64,000 nt of DNA from Carcharhinus amblyrhynchos (taxonomy: Eukaryota): positions 40,300,001 to 40,364,000 of the forward strand of contig OZ336882.1 in assembly GCA_965287045.1 (NCBI GenBank), given 5' to 3'. Position numbers and translations under genes: made by a program. The notes below the pieces were generated by a model, which was not told the DNA's origin, searched no databases, and saw only the letters and a list, made by a program, of their open reading frames with translations. This document shows positions 51,326 to 62,921 of this stretch, one piece after another. Every line of letters begins with the position of its first letter. Within the stretch, counting starts at the first letter, position 1.

Positions 51326-52212
51326 GCTGATTGTTTTATTTTGTATGTCAGACAGAAAGTATCTCAACTTCTTGGCAGAAACTCTCAAATTAACTTTTCT
51401 TTTTAAAAGAAGACTTTGTGGAAAACTACTCAGGCGGCTAAGTAATTTTAATCATGCTGTACTCAAATCTTTTGATGAGATCCTCATTCATGTCCTTTTT
51501 AAATCTGAGACTTGACCATTCAGTGCTCCCCTGGGCAGCTTCTCATCTTCCATTCTGCATAAACTTCCAAAACTCTGCTGCCCATCTCTTAACTTTCACC
51601 AAGTTCTGTTCACCCCTCACCTCCACGTTCACTGATCTCCATTGGTTCCTGATCAAACAACACTTCTCTTGTTTTCATTCTCCTTGTTTTCAAATCCCTC
51701 CAGGAACCCATGGCTCCCTATCTCTGAAACTGCTTACCTCCAGCCTGGCAACAAGCTGAGATCCCTGCGTTTTAGAATTAGCACCAGGGTAGTTTAGGTG
51801 TTTTCACATCGAGGGGAATTATTTTACCCGTGTCAATTACCGGCGCCCCTCCCCCATACATCCCCAGAGGCTCAGTTATGCAGAATTGTTAATATCAAGA
51901 TAGCATTGGAGCGCATTATCTAGCTGTGAACCTAATCCAGTCAGTTTATTTGCCAGAAACATTAATGGAGGTTTATTGCAGTGCTGGTAATGACACTCTG
52001 TGATATTTCCAGGATGGCATTGCCAATTTTATTAAAATGTTAATTAGCATTTCTTTAGCATGCTAAAATAAGTTGAAATTTTATATTCATACTATCATTA
52101 ATATCCAACAGTGTGTATATATAAATTTCTATAGATATTCCTCAATTTTTTCACTTCTCTAAATTCTGTTCCTGGCTGCTGTTCACCAAAAGCTTGCTGC
52201 CATTTAGCTGGT

Positions 52213-52388
52213 GGGGCTTACACTCCCACCAATGGCGCACCCCACCGCAGGTTTCGCAGCAGCAAAGGTGTGTTCAGTAGGCAACTCCATTGATAAGGGT
52301 GACCCCGTAAGACTTCTGCTGCCAGAGAGTAGCATGTTGCTCCCTTCTCCCATGAAATACACTGTAGAGGGAGAGGAAAATCCTGCCC
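52213..52388. mobile_element. MITE-like element
   Basis: GC-rich insert ending ggaaaatcctgccc, matching the gggcgggatttt-type terminus seen at 35181. Confidence 0.4.
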
Positions 52389-52461
52389 ACTCTCTCATGA
52401 TTTTGAATTTTTCCATTAGGTACTTCAGGCTACATGAATTGGTTCATTAGAGAATGGGGAA

Positions 52462-52720
52462 TGATGGCACCGTGGTTAGCACTGCTTCCTCACAGTATTA
52501 GGGGCTTGGATTCAATTTTGGCTTTGTGTGACTGTGTGGAGTTTGCACATTCTGCACGGGTTTCTTCTAGGTGGTCCAGAGATGTGCAGGTTAGGTGGAT
52601 TGGCCAGAGTGAATGCGCGGGGTAACTGAGATAGGACAAGCCTGGTTATGATGTGTTTTCGGAGAGTCGGTGCAGACTCAGTGGCCGAATGGTTTCCTGC
52701 TGCGCTATAGGCAATCATTC
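52462..52720 (+). mobile_element. V-SINE, decayed
   Basis: tggcaccgtggttagcactgc head; gatgtgcaggttaggtggattggcc body. Confidence 0.75.
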
Positions 52721-53395
52721 TGAGGTCAACAAAACCTGCTGTTCAAACTGGCTAGAAGATATAGTGGATGTATATTGCAATGGTGGCAAGGTCTTGTCAG
52801 CTATGCAAAAAGTTTTCAACTATGTAGGACAGCAGGCAAATTTTGGTCACTTTGTGCTTTCACTATTAGCAAATTGGTCTGTTGCTGCTTGTCCTATTCA
52901 CACGAAGGAATTAGGAATTGGAATCTTTTGTCCTTCTTTGCATCTGGGATGTCAATTAAACATTCATCTTCATGTAGTTTCCACTTCCTGCCCCCTCTGT
53001 TTGGTGTAATGGACTGGCCAATTCAATTGTCAAGGATTCAAGTGGAAAACACTTAACCTAATGTTTTCATTATTGTGCAATTGTTTTAACAGTTGCCTGA
53101 ACAATCTCAAAATGTATTGCCGCAAAACAAGTTTGTGGTGTAGTAACAATTCTCCAGGGATAATTGAGAATATTACTAAAGACCAAGTTCAAATTATGAA
53201 AATATATTATAAAGTAATTATTTACCTTCAATATTTGTGCCGTTTAGATTTCTAAATTGGCTATTCGGTGTTTTTTACTGTTGTGTAATTACATTCTTAA
53301 TTATATCTCTCAATGCTTGAGTTTTGCCATTGGATGATTGTATAACTGCATGTTGCTTGTGGTGTTTTTGAGTTTTTGTGTGTTTTTTTGCTCAG

Positions 53396-53664
53396 GATAT
53401 TATGTTTGCTGCACCTTCCATTCCGAAGTACTCGTTTGACTCCAGCATGCCATTGAATAAGACAGCAAGACCTTTTGGTGTTACAACCACGGGAAGTTCT
53501 AATTCAGGGACACCAATAAAGTCAGTGAGCTACAAACCTGTATCCCTATATACTCCACCTTCTGCTTTGCCTAGCACCACACCTGCATCTCAGACACAAC
53601 TACGGTATGGTACAGCCACAGAAAGGCACAGCTCAACTGCATCCACACCACGGCATCCAAATGG
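53396..53664 (+). CDS. PDLIM7: PDLIM7 coding exon (269 nt, phase 0->2), DIMFAAPSIPKYSFDSSMPLNKTARPFG...PRHPN(G)
   Basis: Acceptor tgtttttttgctcag|, donor aatgg|gtatgt; lies inside ORF 53378..53770; LNKTARPFG motif and terminal NG as in mammalian PDLIM7 (RYTFAPSVSLNKTARPFG...QQNG). Confidence 0.9.
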
Positions 53665-56081
53665 GTATGTCATAACATGCTTTCGAATGTCACAACAAAA
53701 TATAGTCCTCAATAAACTGCAGTTTCCAAATTGCTGCACCAGGAGAGGAAGATCCATTACTAAGTTATGATTTGCTGAATGTTTTTAAGTGTCAGTTTCA
53801 AGGAAATTATATAGGATCTGCTGGTGCATTTCAAAGTTAGGTGGACAGATTTCTTTCGGCCAAGTTATGTGTTTTGTTTCTTCTGGATAAGATTTTGAGC
53901 ATGATGAACTGGAATATAAACCACAATGATTTAGCAATGGATTTCCTCTCTCAAATCCATATGGCTGTTATGAAAGTGTCTAGGAAAGTTTTATCTGTTG
54001 CACTCAAATACAAATTTCATTAAAATGTCTTCTGCATGATGCATGACCGTTCAAAATTTTTAAGAAGTTGTAACTGTATGAACAAAATGTTTCACTGTTC
54101 ACTACCTTCAGAATATAGCATTTACAATTTGCTTTTGCTTTATTGCACACTCATTCACCAAAATATCTTTGGAGTAGTACCAACTGTGCTGGTAACATTT
54201 GCATTTTAAAACGATATGGAAATCTCCCATCTAATTAAGCGATTTGCCTTGGGTAATTGTGTGTCGTACTTTAAAATATTTCAGCACAAAGTGAATGTTC
54301 CTTGCTTTTTTTATAAATTATGTTTTGTACTTGATACGTCCAAGTTGTTCTGGGCTTCTGACATGCCCTAGTTTCATTTAGATTGTCACTCGTTGATTAA
54401 GTGCGTGCAACAGTCTGGCATGAGGTTACCGTGTTGGAGCTATGGATTGGCTGTAGTAGCATATGTTCATGTTGTGACACTTCCTTTTTAAGAAATTATA
54501 AATGAGCTTACTGGTCAGGGTCATATTCTACAAGTGTGCAGTAATGTGTACCAAACACAGGCCCATACTTGGAAAGGCATATATTTATCTTGGCCTATAT
54601 TGGGCCTCTTGAATGTGTACCTATTGCTCCAGTTAGCAAACCTTGATGGCAGTATTTGTCAAAATGCATGAATATTTATATAACGTCATTGATGCAGAAT
54701 CACTGAAACCCTCTGGCCGAAAATTTTGATCAATTTAAAAAGTAAGCATTTAGCTCACAAAATCGCACTGAGACACATTTTCAGAACTAAAACAGATGAT
54801 TTAATGGCATGCTGGGATTTAATGCCAGTGAGTTTTTGTTAACCCTGCGAGTACTTGAAAAGTGTCCTTTGCAATTTTACCACAACCGCTGCAAGCTTTT
54901 TACTTTAAATGGTGAAATTTTGAGAATCTGGTAAGATGATGTAACTTGGAAATACGCTTTCAGCCACGGTGCAAAAGTCAGTAAGAAAGAAAATTGGGCA
55001 AGTGTCAAAGACGCTGCTGATTCACTATTGTCCAGTCTGTACCTTTGCCAAAAAAAAATTTTGTCCAATAATTTATTCCTCTTCACTTATCTGCTAATAA
55101 TTCTGTGGTCTATCCCGTCTTTTGTGTGTTTCTCACACATATCCAATACAAATAAGGCTAAGTCTTAGTACTGGCAATGCTTTTGTCAATTTTAAATATT
55201 CACTAATTCGAGGACGGCTATCCAAGTTCAATTTCAACTTGTACACATTGTCGATAAATGAATTATTGCAACAATAGGAATATGCTAAGGGGGAGGGGAT
55301 GTTGCGTATGATTTTATTGGCGGACCAAGTAACAGTTAGGTTCTGCAGGGCAAACTCCGATAAATAATGTATTTGACGTCTTACAATTTGAAATTTGTTT
55401 TCAGTTTCCTTTCTTTTGTTCTCTTGTTTGCCATATAGCCCTCGAGCAGAACATAGTGCAAATTGTTAGCATGAGATACTTGTGATTTTCCTATTCTATT
55501 TGCATTGCGATGCAAAACAACAGGGAAGAAAATAAATACTTGTTTTTTTTCCTCATGAATTTGATACATGATCTGTGTGAAGAAAAGAATTGCAGGATGT
55601 ACCTACATCTGACTTTTAATGTATGTAGTCAACAGACCTGTCTAATTAGTCAAATGTTATCACAAGTCTGCTGTGCCTCAGGATGTTTATAATGGCAGAG
55701 TATTTTGAATTTTGTACCATCTGTTGATCGTATGGGTAGGGAAGACACTAAATGTTCTGATTACTTTTTCTGCATCATCCAGAAGAGCGGATGTATGTAC
55801 TTTTGTTTTTTTTTAACAACTTTTGCGTACAAATGTCTGAAATATTAATATCCAAAGGAAAACTTGAAGAGCAGTGTAACCTTTCAGAAAACCTGAAAGT
55901 TATTAAGAGTATGACTCTTGACTTCTCTTCCTCCTTCAGTTCTTCTTCCATCTATATGCTTTGATCTTTGCTACGATATTTTATTTGCACTGCCATTTTC
56001 TTTTATTAATTTTTCTTTAAGAGCTTTACCTGTTGGCTATAACTTCTATTTAATTCATCTTTTATCTTTCTTTCTCTTTAG

Positions 56082-56098
56082 GTGGATACTCTAATCAA
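56082..56098 (+). CDS. PDLIM7: PDLIM7 17-nt alternative microexon, VDTLI(K) (phase 0->2)
   Basis: Long pyrimidine tract tcatcttttatctttctttctctttag|gtggatactctaatcaa|gttagt; same phases as exon 53396-53664; position and length correspond to the VQTPDK microexon recalled from mammalian PDLIM7. Confidence 0.8.
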
Positions 56099-57867
56099 GT
56101 TAGTATATTTCTTTCTTTGCATTGATATGGATGGCATGTTGTAATTTCTTTTTCAGAAGGAGAGATCACAGATTTAATTAGATCCTCATTATTTATACTG
56201 TATCTGGAAAAGAACATCAAATACGTGTAGGCATTGCATCCTTAACTAATCCAACTCCATTAACCAATTTACTCCAAAATATAAAGTACTGAAGTAATAT
56301 GCTAGGATAGTAACTTGTAGGTTTTCTTTGAGGCAGAGTACATATTTATTGCTTCAAGGTGAAGCTTTTATTGTACTTAAGAAAGACACTTTCTTCCATT
56401 TAACCCTTTGAGTACTGTACTAAGAGTATTTGTACTTTGATCACATTCAATCGTTAATATGTTCCCTTGGTAACAATCTAAGTTTCCGTACAAATTGAAA
56501 TGCTGCATATCATGTAAGAAGCTGTTAATTCATTTAATTGTCAACTTTCTAGATATACTGATATAGGTTAACTGTAATTGTCTTTGCATAGCATGCTCTC
56601 TGCTTGATACTCAACTTTATTCAAAGGAGAGAAGATAGTTTTAAATGTCTCATGAGCACCTGAAGCAACTTTTAAAGAGTGTGTGGTGATATTTGGATGG
56701 CAGTAGGGTCTGGAGGCAGCAAAGGGTTGAAATGTCTGACCAAAAAACAATAAAAGGTCATCCCCTATAGAGGCAGGGAACTGGATAGAATAATCTCCCT
56801 CTTTGGCTGGCAAAGAGGAAGTACTGCTCCTTGAATTGACTGCAAAAAGGATTACTTATTTGGTACTCCCAGGGTGTCTTCAGTGGATTCAATATTGTGA
56901 CCACACTTGTATAAACAGGAAAACAATATAGATGAAGGTGACATGGCTTATTGAAGTTGTTATGGTTAAGAAAACCCAAGACTTTGTCTGTTAACTGTTT
57001 CCAAATTTTCTGCTGGCCTATGTCAAACCCTATCACACCCATGTGGTTGTTTTATTGCTCATCATCAATGGGTATGGAAAAGGCTTCCATACGTATTTTA
57101 TTGAGCACAACCTCTAGCTCTCCTTCATTTTCCTCAGTTTCACAACTGTCTTTGTCACTCATTTGTCTGATAAGTTGCATCTGAGCCAAGTTTCCTCCAG
57201 TTAGTGAATGGACGATTGAAACCATCATTTTTGACGCCCAATAGGCAACACATTCTTGCTTACTGATTGGTTCAGCCCACAGAGTGGGGGTGGCGGGGAT
57301 ATTGCTGGCATTTTGTTCAATCTAGACCTTTACTTCAAACCCTAGATACGCTTCTACACAGTCACTGTATTTACACCATTTTGAAACATTACCCCCCCCC
57401 CATCAACCCTATTGGTCTCCTTCTGAAATTAAAAGTTTGTCTTCATCAGCTTTAAACTATTTGTTCAATAATCTTGTTAGCTTCCTAACCCCCTCCTTCT
57501 ACCAATCCCAATTCATCCAAACCACTACTTGCCCAGCTTTCCCTCCACACGTTGGCTTTTTTGTTTCTCAGCACAATTGAAAACATTACCTTTGTCTGCT
57601 AAGCTCTCTTTTGCCTTGCCCAACTCAGTACTAACTTTACAGCCTTCTGCTTAGCATTTCCTCCCATGCTATCTGGTCTTTTGATCTTCTTGCCTTCTGT
57701 GTATTTTCTGTCCTCCTCCACTTCAGCATTGTTGGCCGAGCCTTTAGCTGCCTGGCCCCTACTCTCTGGGGTCCCTTTTCCTAATCATGACGTTAATGCA
57801 TTTTTTAAAACCTATTTCTCTAACCATGTTCAACTAGGTCTCTTCATCACTCATGGCCTTCTCTGCT

Positions 57868-58109
57868 CGATTTGGAGATGCCGGCATTGAACTAGGGTAA
57901 ACAAAGTAAGAAGTCTCTCAACACCAGGTTAAAGTCCAACCAGTTTATTTGATAGTAAACCCACAAGTTTTCAGCTGTGTGTGCCTTTTATATGCTCTGT
58001 TTGAGACCAGAACTCTCCACTCACCTGACAAAGGGGCAAACCCTGAAAGCTTGTGGGTTTACTATCAAATAAACTGGTTGGACTTTAACCCGGTGTTGTG
58101 AGACTTCTT
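57868..58109 (+). mobile_element. Penelope-derived hairpin mini-element
   Basis: Same leader; inverted arms ~57908-57974/58043-58109; TSD ccttctctgct 57857-57867 and 58110-58120. Confidence 0.8.
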
Positions 58110-58739
58110 CCTTCTCTGCTTGCACAGCAAATACAAGGACAAATATCTAAACTAAAGAAGGGTTCAAACTGGTAGCCTCAGTTTCCCTTTTATGGCAGAC
58201 ATTCTGGAGAACCTTGCATTTGAGAGGGTGAAGCTTCACAAGAATTTATTTCTGGTTTTTCCACCTTGCTTTCTTCCACATAATTATTCAGGAAACCATA
58301 CAAACATCTGTGCTGGTATCTTAGCTTGATCTGAATGCATATCTAGGAGCCTATATTATTTCTTTCCTTATCATCAAAAGGCAAAAAAAAGCAGTTTGAT
58401 ATTACTGTCCTTAAACAAGGATGAGGCACATCTCTCATATTCTACGATGTAAACCAATAGTTATAAACAGTAACAGAATAATACACGTCCAAGGTTGTAA
58501 GCGCTGAGCCAAAGCTGGCAGCAATCACAAGTGCACAAGTGAGGAGCAGGTAACTGATGCCTCAAATGGCTGCTGTTAATGATGCCTTTAGCTTGGAGAT
58601 TACAGCGTAATGAATGTTGGGAGAGAAAAGGATGGATTCAGTTTTGTCACAGGTGGCTTTGTTCTCATCAGAAATTAATTGAAAATAACTCCAAGGCTGA
58701 GATTCTGCATTAGGAAAATGAATTGCTGCTGCCGGCAGG

Positions 58740-58833
58740 AAACACAGTAAAAAGTCTGACAACACCAGGTTTTAGTCCAACCTATTTATTTGATAATATA
58801 CTCGCAAGCTTTCGGGTTAGCCCCTTCGTCAGG
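58740..58833 (-). mobile_element. Penelope-derived solo terminal unit with hammerhead-like core
   Basis: Reverse complement identical to 12728-12816; caggaaac repeated at 58736-58743 and 58830-58837. Confidence 0.8.
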
Positions 58834-59084
58834 AAACCCAGAGTGTTTCATGTTGGCACTGATAGTGCTCACTAGGTGTTATTCAATCACCTTTAGTAGT
58901 CAAAAATATTCAAAGCGAGAAACACACCAGCCAGCTGAAAGCTTTGGACTTTCCTAAAGTAATCAAAGGTGAGAGGAAAAGTCATTGGAGCAGCTGAGCT
59001 GAGAATGTGAGGGGACCATAGTACAGAGAAGATTCAGTGGTGTAAAGTTGAATGAATACAGAATGGTTAACTGCTGTTTTAAGT

Positions 59085-59380
59085 TAAAGTTTATTTATTA
59101 GTGTCACAAGTAAGCTTGCATTAACCCTGCAATGAAATTACTGTGAAAATCCCCTAGTCGTCACACTCCGGCGCCTGTTCGGCTACATTGAGGGAGAATT
59201 TTATATAGCTAATGGACCTAACTAGCATGTCTTTCGGGCTGTGGGAGAAAACATGAAGAAACCTGTGCAGACACGGGGAGGACATACAGACTCCACACAG
59301 ACAGTGACCCAGGCTGGGAATTGAACCTGGCTTCCTGGCCTTGAGGCAGTAGTGATAGCCAGTGTGTCACTGTGCCATCC
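59085..59380 (-). mobile_element. V-SINE, type B tail
   Basis: Close match to 41645-41939. Confidence 0.85.
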
Positions 59381-61990
59381 TTTGTGCTACCATGCTGCCC
59401 TTTTGTAGAGTAATCAAAGAAAAATGAGGAAAAGTATTATGGTCATGATCATGGACTCTTAAAATATATTCAGTCATAGGGTGCGAGCAATGCTGGCCAG
59501 CAGATGTTGTCCCTGAGAAGGTGATGGTGAACCACCTACTTGAACTACTGTAGTGTGATGTTAGTCAAAATGCTTGGGGAGTGAGGGGAAGTTTTTGACT
59601 CCGTAACTGACAAGTTATATACAAAATTTACAATATACATGAACATTTGATAATCCCAAAGCAAGGGCAAAGCGGAAGGATAACATATTTTTCAGAAGTA
59701 AACTCAATACTGGTATTCATGTTAAACTGACCTTATAAATTTAAATCAGAAGCCTTCTGTTAGACTGGCATTACTTTTAAATTTGCCAGAAATGTGTTGA
59801 AGGCTGCAAAGCTTTTCAACTGTGCCATGACAGATCTATTATAATGTAAAGGCTTTCATGACACTAGATGTTCAAACTGTGTATGATGATACAATAACAT
59901 TCATTATTCCACGGTTTCCACTGCCACAGGACATATCAAATTATTTATCTGTACTGCTTTATGATGGAGCATTGAAGGTCAGAAAGCAGTAACAGTCCTT
60001 TCCCTTTACGCTACAAGTTTACTTCCTACAGAAATTGCCCCGTACGCTGAGGACAAATTTCCAGGGACCATTATTGGGGGTGAGGGGGGCTGACTTTGTT
60101 AGCTGCAGAGATGAGTTCGTAAATTAGAATTAATATCACTTTTTTTTTGAAAAAGCAACAATGAACAAAGTTTACGCATCATTCTGATATCTGTCACCTC
60201 TCTGTTTCCAAATGCACTTAGAAAATCTTGAGACTTCAGTAGTGCATCTTTGCCTATCAAGTCATTTGTTTTACATGTTAAAATACTTCAAGTTCTGTGT
60301 TTTAAAACAATGGTTACAAGTAATATGTTTTGTTGAGACTCCTTAATATCATATATGCATAAGTCAAAAATTTAATTTCCCAACTCTATTTGAAAATTGA
60401 CATTTAAAATGTGCATATTGCATGCCATGTTAGTACAGTTGCTGACAAAGTAGTGAAGAGTTTTGTTCTGTTTTCAGCACAAAAAACAGTTAGCTGTTCT
60501 CAATAATAATAGAAATCTATGGACCTTCTTAAATTAGTTCCTATATTTCACTTTCTGTTCATCTCCTTTTCCCATTCCTTGTTTGCTGAGGCTTTACGTG
60601 TTTCATTCTAACTTTGATTTTTGTACTGGAATATACTCACAGTGAAAATGAGGATAAATTTGAGAGTCGTCCCAAGTTTCATGTTCTTCGAGATGAAGAA
60701 ATGCTTCAAGATCTTGGTGACTATAGGTAAGTGGAGCAAATGTGAAACCTGTCCTGAGTGTAACTGGCTTTAAACCTTCTGCCTTTGTTGTCAATGCGAA
60801 TGGTGAGGATTTATTAAAAAGTAGAAGTATTGGGCAACTCTGCATTTCTTAATTTTGGCATCTTGCAATTTAAGAATTTTTGTAGCCATCAGTGCAAAAA
60901 TAACTTGAACTTGGATAAACTTGATTTTTCTTTCCAAAGGCAGAAGTTGATTTCCTTTGGACTGGAAAATCAGATTCTATAAATTTTTTTAAGCAGTTTG
61001 TGCTATGTTGAGTTTTATAATTTGAATCAATACCGATTTGACTAAAGTAAACTGCAGGGGGCTGGAGAACTTCTAGTATGCATTTATGAACTAGATTTGG
61101 CATTTCAAAATTATAAAACATTTGTAAGTTTAATGTGCACTCTGAATGCATGATATGCTGTCAAAAGTACAATTTAATTTTATTTTTAGTATTGTGGAGA
61201 AATAAACCTCCAGTTTAAAGTATACCTTTTCTTATAAATGGTGCCCTGCTCTGCATGACTCGATGTTGCAGTAGTGTGATGTATTAGCTATTGAGCCATA
61301 TGGCAACAATGAAAGTAGCCTTGGCAGTTTTGATTCTTTTGCACCTATTTGGTGAAGTGAGATTAAATAGCAGATGGCGTTACTATAAACAGAGTTGCAC
61401 AATATTACAAAATGACTCAGTTGAATTTGTGGGGTTATTGTCATCTACATCCCCTCTGTCTTTGAGAAAAATATCCTGAATATTACATGGTCAAAATAAC
61501 TGTTGAAAATTTGATACCAAACTTCTAATATGTGACCTTTTGCTGAAGTCCATTTTTCTATATGATTACTCTGAGTACTGGAAGTTGCAGGATAATATTC
61601 CAATGCAGTACTGTCTTGATCTCTCGCCAAAGCCACAACCTAGATTGGTAGTCTCTTACTTTTGTATATATCTTTCTAACTTCTCCTAATTCCTACATTT
61701 TGGAATATTGAACTTGAATGGCTCACATTTTCTTCTCTACCAAACATCCTCTGTGCAAAAGAGTGGTTTCCAGTTTTAAATTTTGAAATTACAACAAGTT
61801 TGACAGAAAAAAATATCAATATCAGCAGAAGTGTAGTTTGGTTAATATTACCTAGGTTCCAGTTGGCTGCTGTATCATTTCATTCATCTACTGATGCTTA
61901 TGTTCTTTTGGAGGGACCTTTGCACACCTCCAAAATTCTCTTATCTGTGTAATTTATTTTCCTGCAGTAATGACGAGATAACGAATGATC

Positions 61991-62114
61991 GGCTGGAATT
62001 CTTCAACCGTTGACACTGCCAACGAGAATGGAGAATTTGGCGCTCAGCCAAATCTCTGTTCACTTCAGTGGGACTGGTGAATCCCAGCTGTGGGTGAGGT
62101 CAGAGAATCCGGCC
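61991..62114. mobile_element. MITE-like palindromic element
   Basis: Termini ggctggaattct / agaatccggcc; inverted copy of 25877-25995. Confidence 0.6.
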
Positions 62115-62267
62115 CCAAGACTTTTGTTTGAAAGAACCATTCATCAGCATTTTTAAAATTTCAGATCCTCCTCCTATGTGGTGCATATAAATGTAACCTT
62201 TCTGCATTTGGCAGTGGTTGCAGTTAGAGTACTCACTGGAATTTTTTCTGAAGTTTTAAATGTCAGC

Positions 62268-62680
62268 TTTGGGTCAGTGATAGCATTCGTGCCTCTGAAG
62301 CAAAAGGTTCTGAGTTAAAGCCCCACTCCTGAGAATTGAATGCATAATCTTGGCTGACTCTTTTGCTGGTGCTGTCTTTCAAATGAGTTGTTATAAAAAG
62401 CCCCAGCTGTTCTCTCAGGTGAATGCAAGAGATCCTGTGAGGTTATTCAGTGAAGAGCAGGGAATGAATTCCTCTGATCTTCTAGTCAACATTCAGCAAC
62501 CCCACCCCAACCCAAGCCAACATCGCTCAAAGCAAATATAGATCTCATTGCTGTTTATGGGAACAAGCTAGGTAAAATGGCTGGAACCTATCCCTACATC
62601 ACAGTAGTGTCTCACATCCAAAATGCCATGAAATCTGTTAAGATGTCCTGAGTTCATAAAATGCACTTTAAAATGTAAGT
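62268..62680 (+). mobile_element. DeuSINE (SacSINE1/AmnSINE1-like)
   Basis: tRNA-like head (gtcagtgatagcattcgtgcctctgaagcaaaaggttctgagttaaagcccc), Deu-domain-like ctcattgctgtttatggga...aaatggctg, L2-type end aaatgtaagttctt. Confidence 0.65.
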
Positions 62681-62686
62681 TCTTCC

Positions 62687-62719
<33 letters not shown>

Positions 62720-62742
62720 TACTTCTTTCTCTTTATTTCTTT
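62680..62742 (+). repeat. (TC)n / polypyrimidine tract
   Basis: Directly visible; lies 27 nt upstream of the 62770 exon. Confidence 0.9.
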
Positions 62743-62769
62743 CAATACCCAACAAAATGCATTATATAG

Positions 62770-62921
62770 GCATTCTCTCAAGCTTGATCAACGTGTCATT
62801 GTCCCCAACGATGCTAGTAAGAAGCGGCTGATAGAGGATACTGAGGATTGGCAGCCAAAAACAGGAACAACTCAGTCCCGTTCTTTCCGTATCCTTGCTC
62901 AACTGACAGGCACAGATTTCA
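62770..62921 (+). CDS. PDLIM7: PDLIM7 coding exon (152 nt, phase 2->1) with conserved QSRSFRILA motif
   Basis: Acceptor attatatag|, donor ttca|gtaagt; HSLKLDQRVIVPNDASKKRLIEDTEDWQPKTGTTQSRSFRILAQLTGTDF+a (next codon compatible with ATG of MQDPDEE). Confidence 0.95.

Noticed and set aside
53665-53770. ORF read-through past the exon donor as an alternative C-terminus
   Set aside because: Good donor at 53664/53665 and perfect phase with the next exon; the extension has no recognisable features.
22854-62921. Assignment to PDLIM5 or LDB3
   Set aside because: Some residues are PDLIM5-like (RLIEDTEDW, TGTTQSRS), but the linker motif, 17-nt microexon and TGTDF|M junction fit PDLIM7; synteny or a phylogeny would be decisive.
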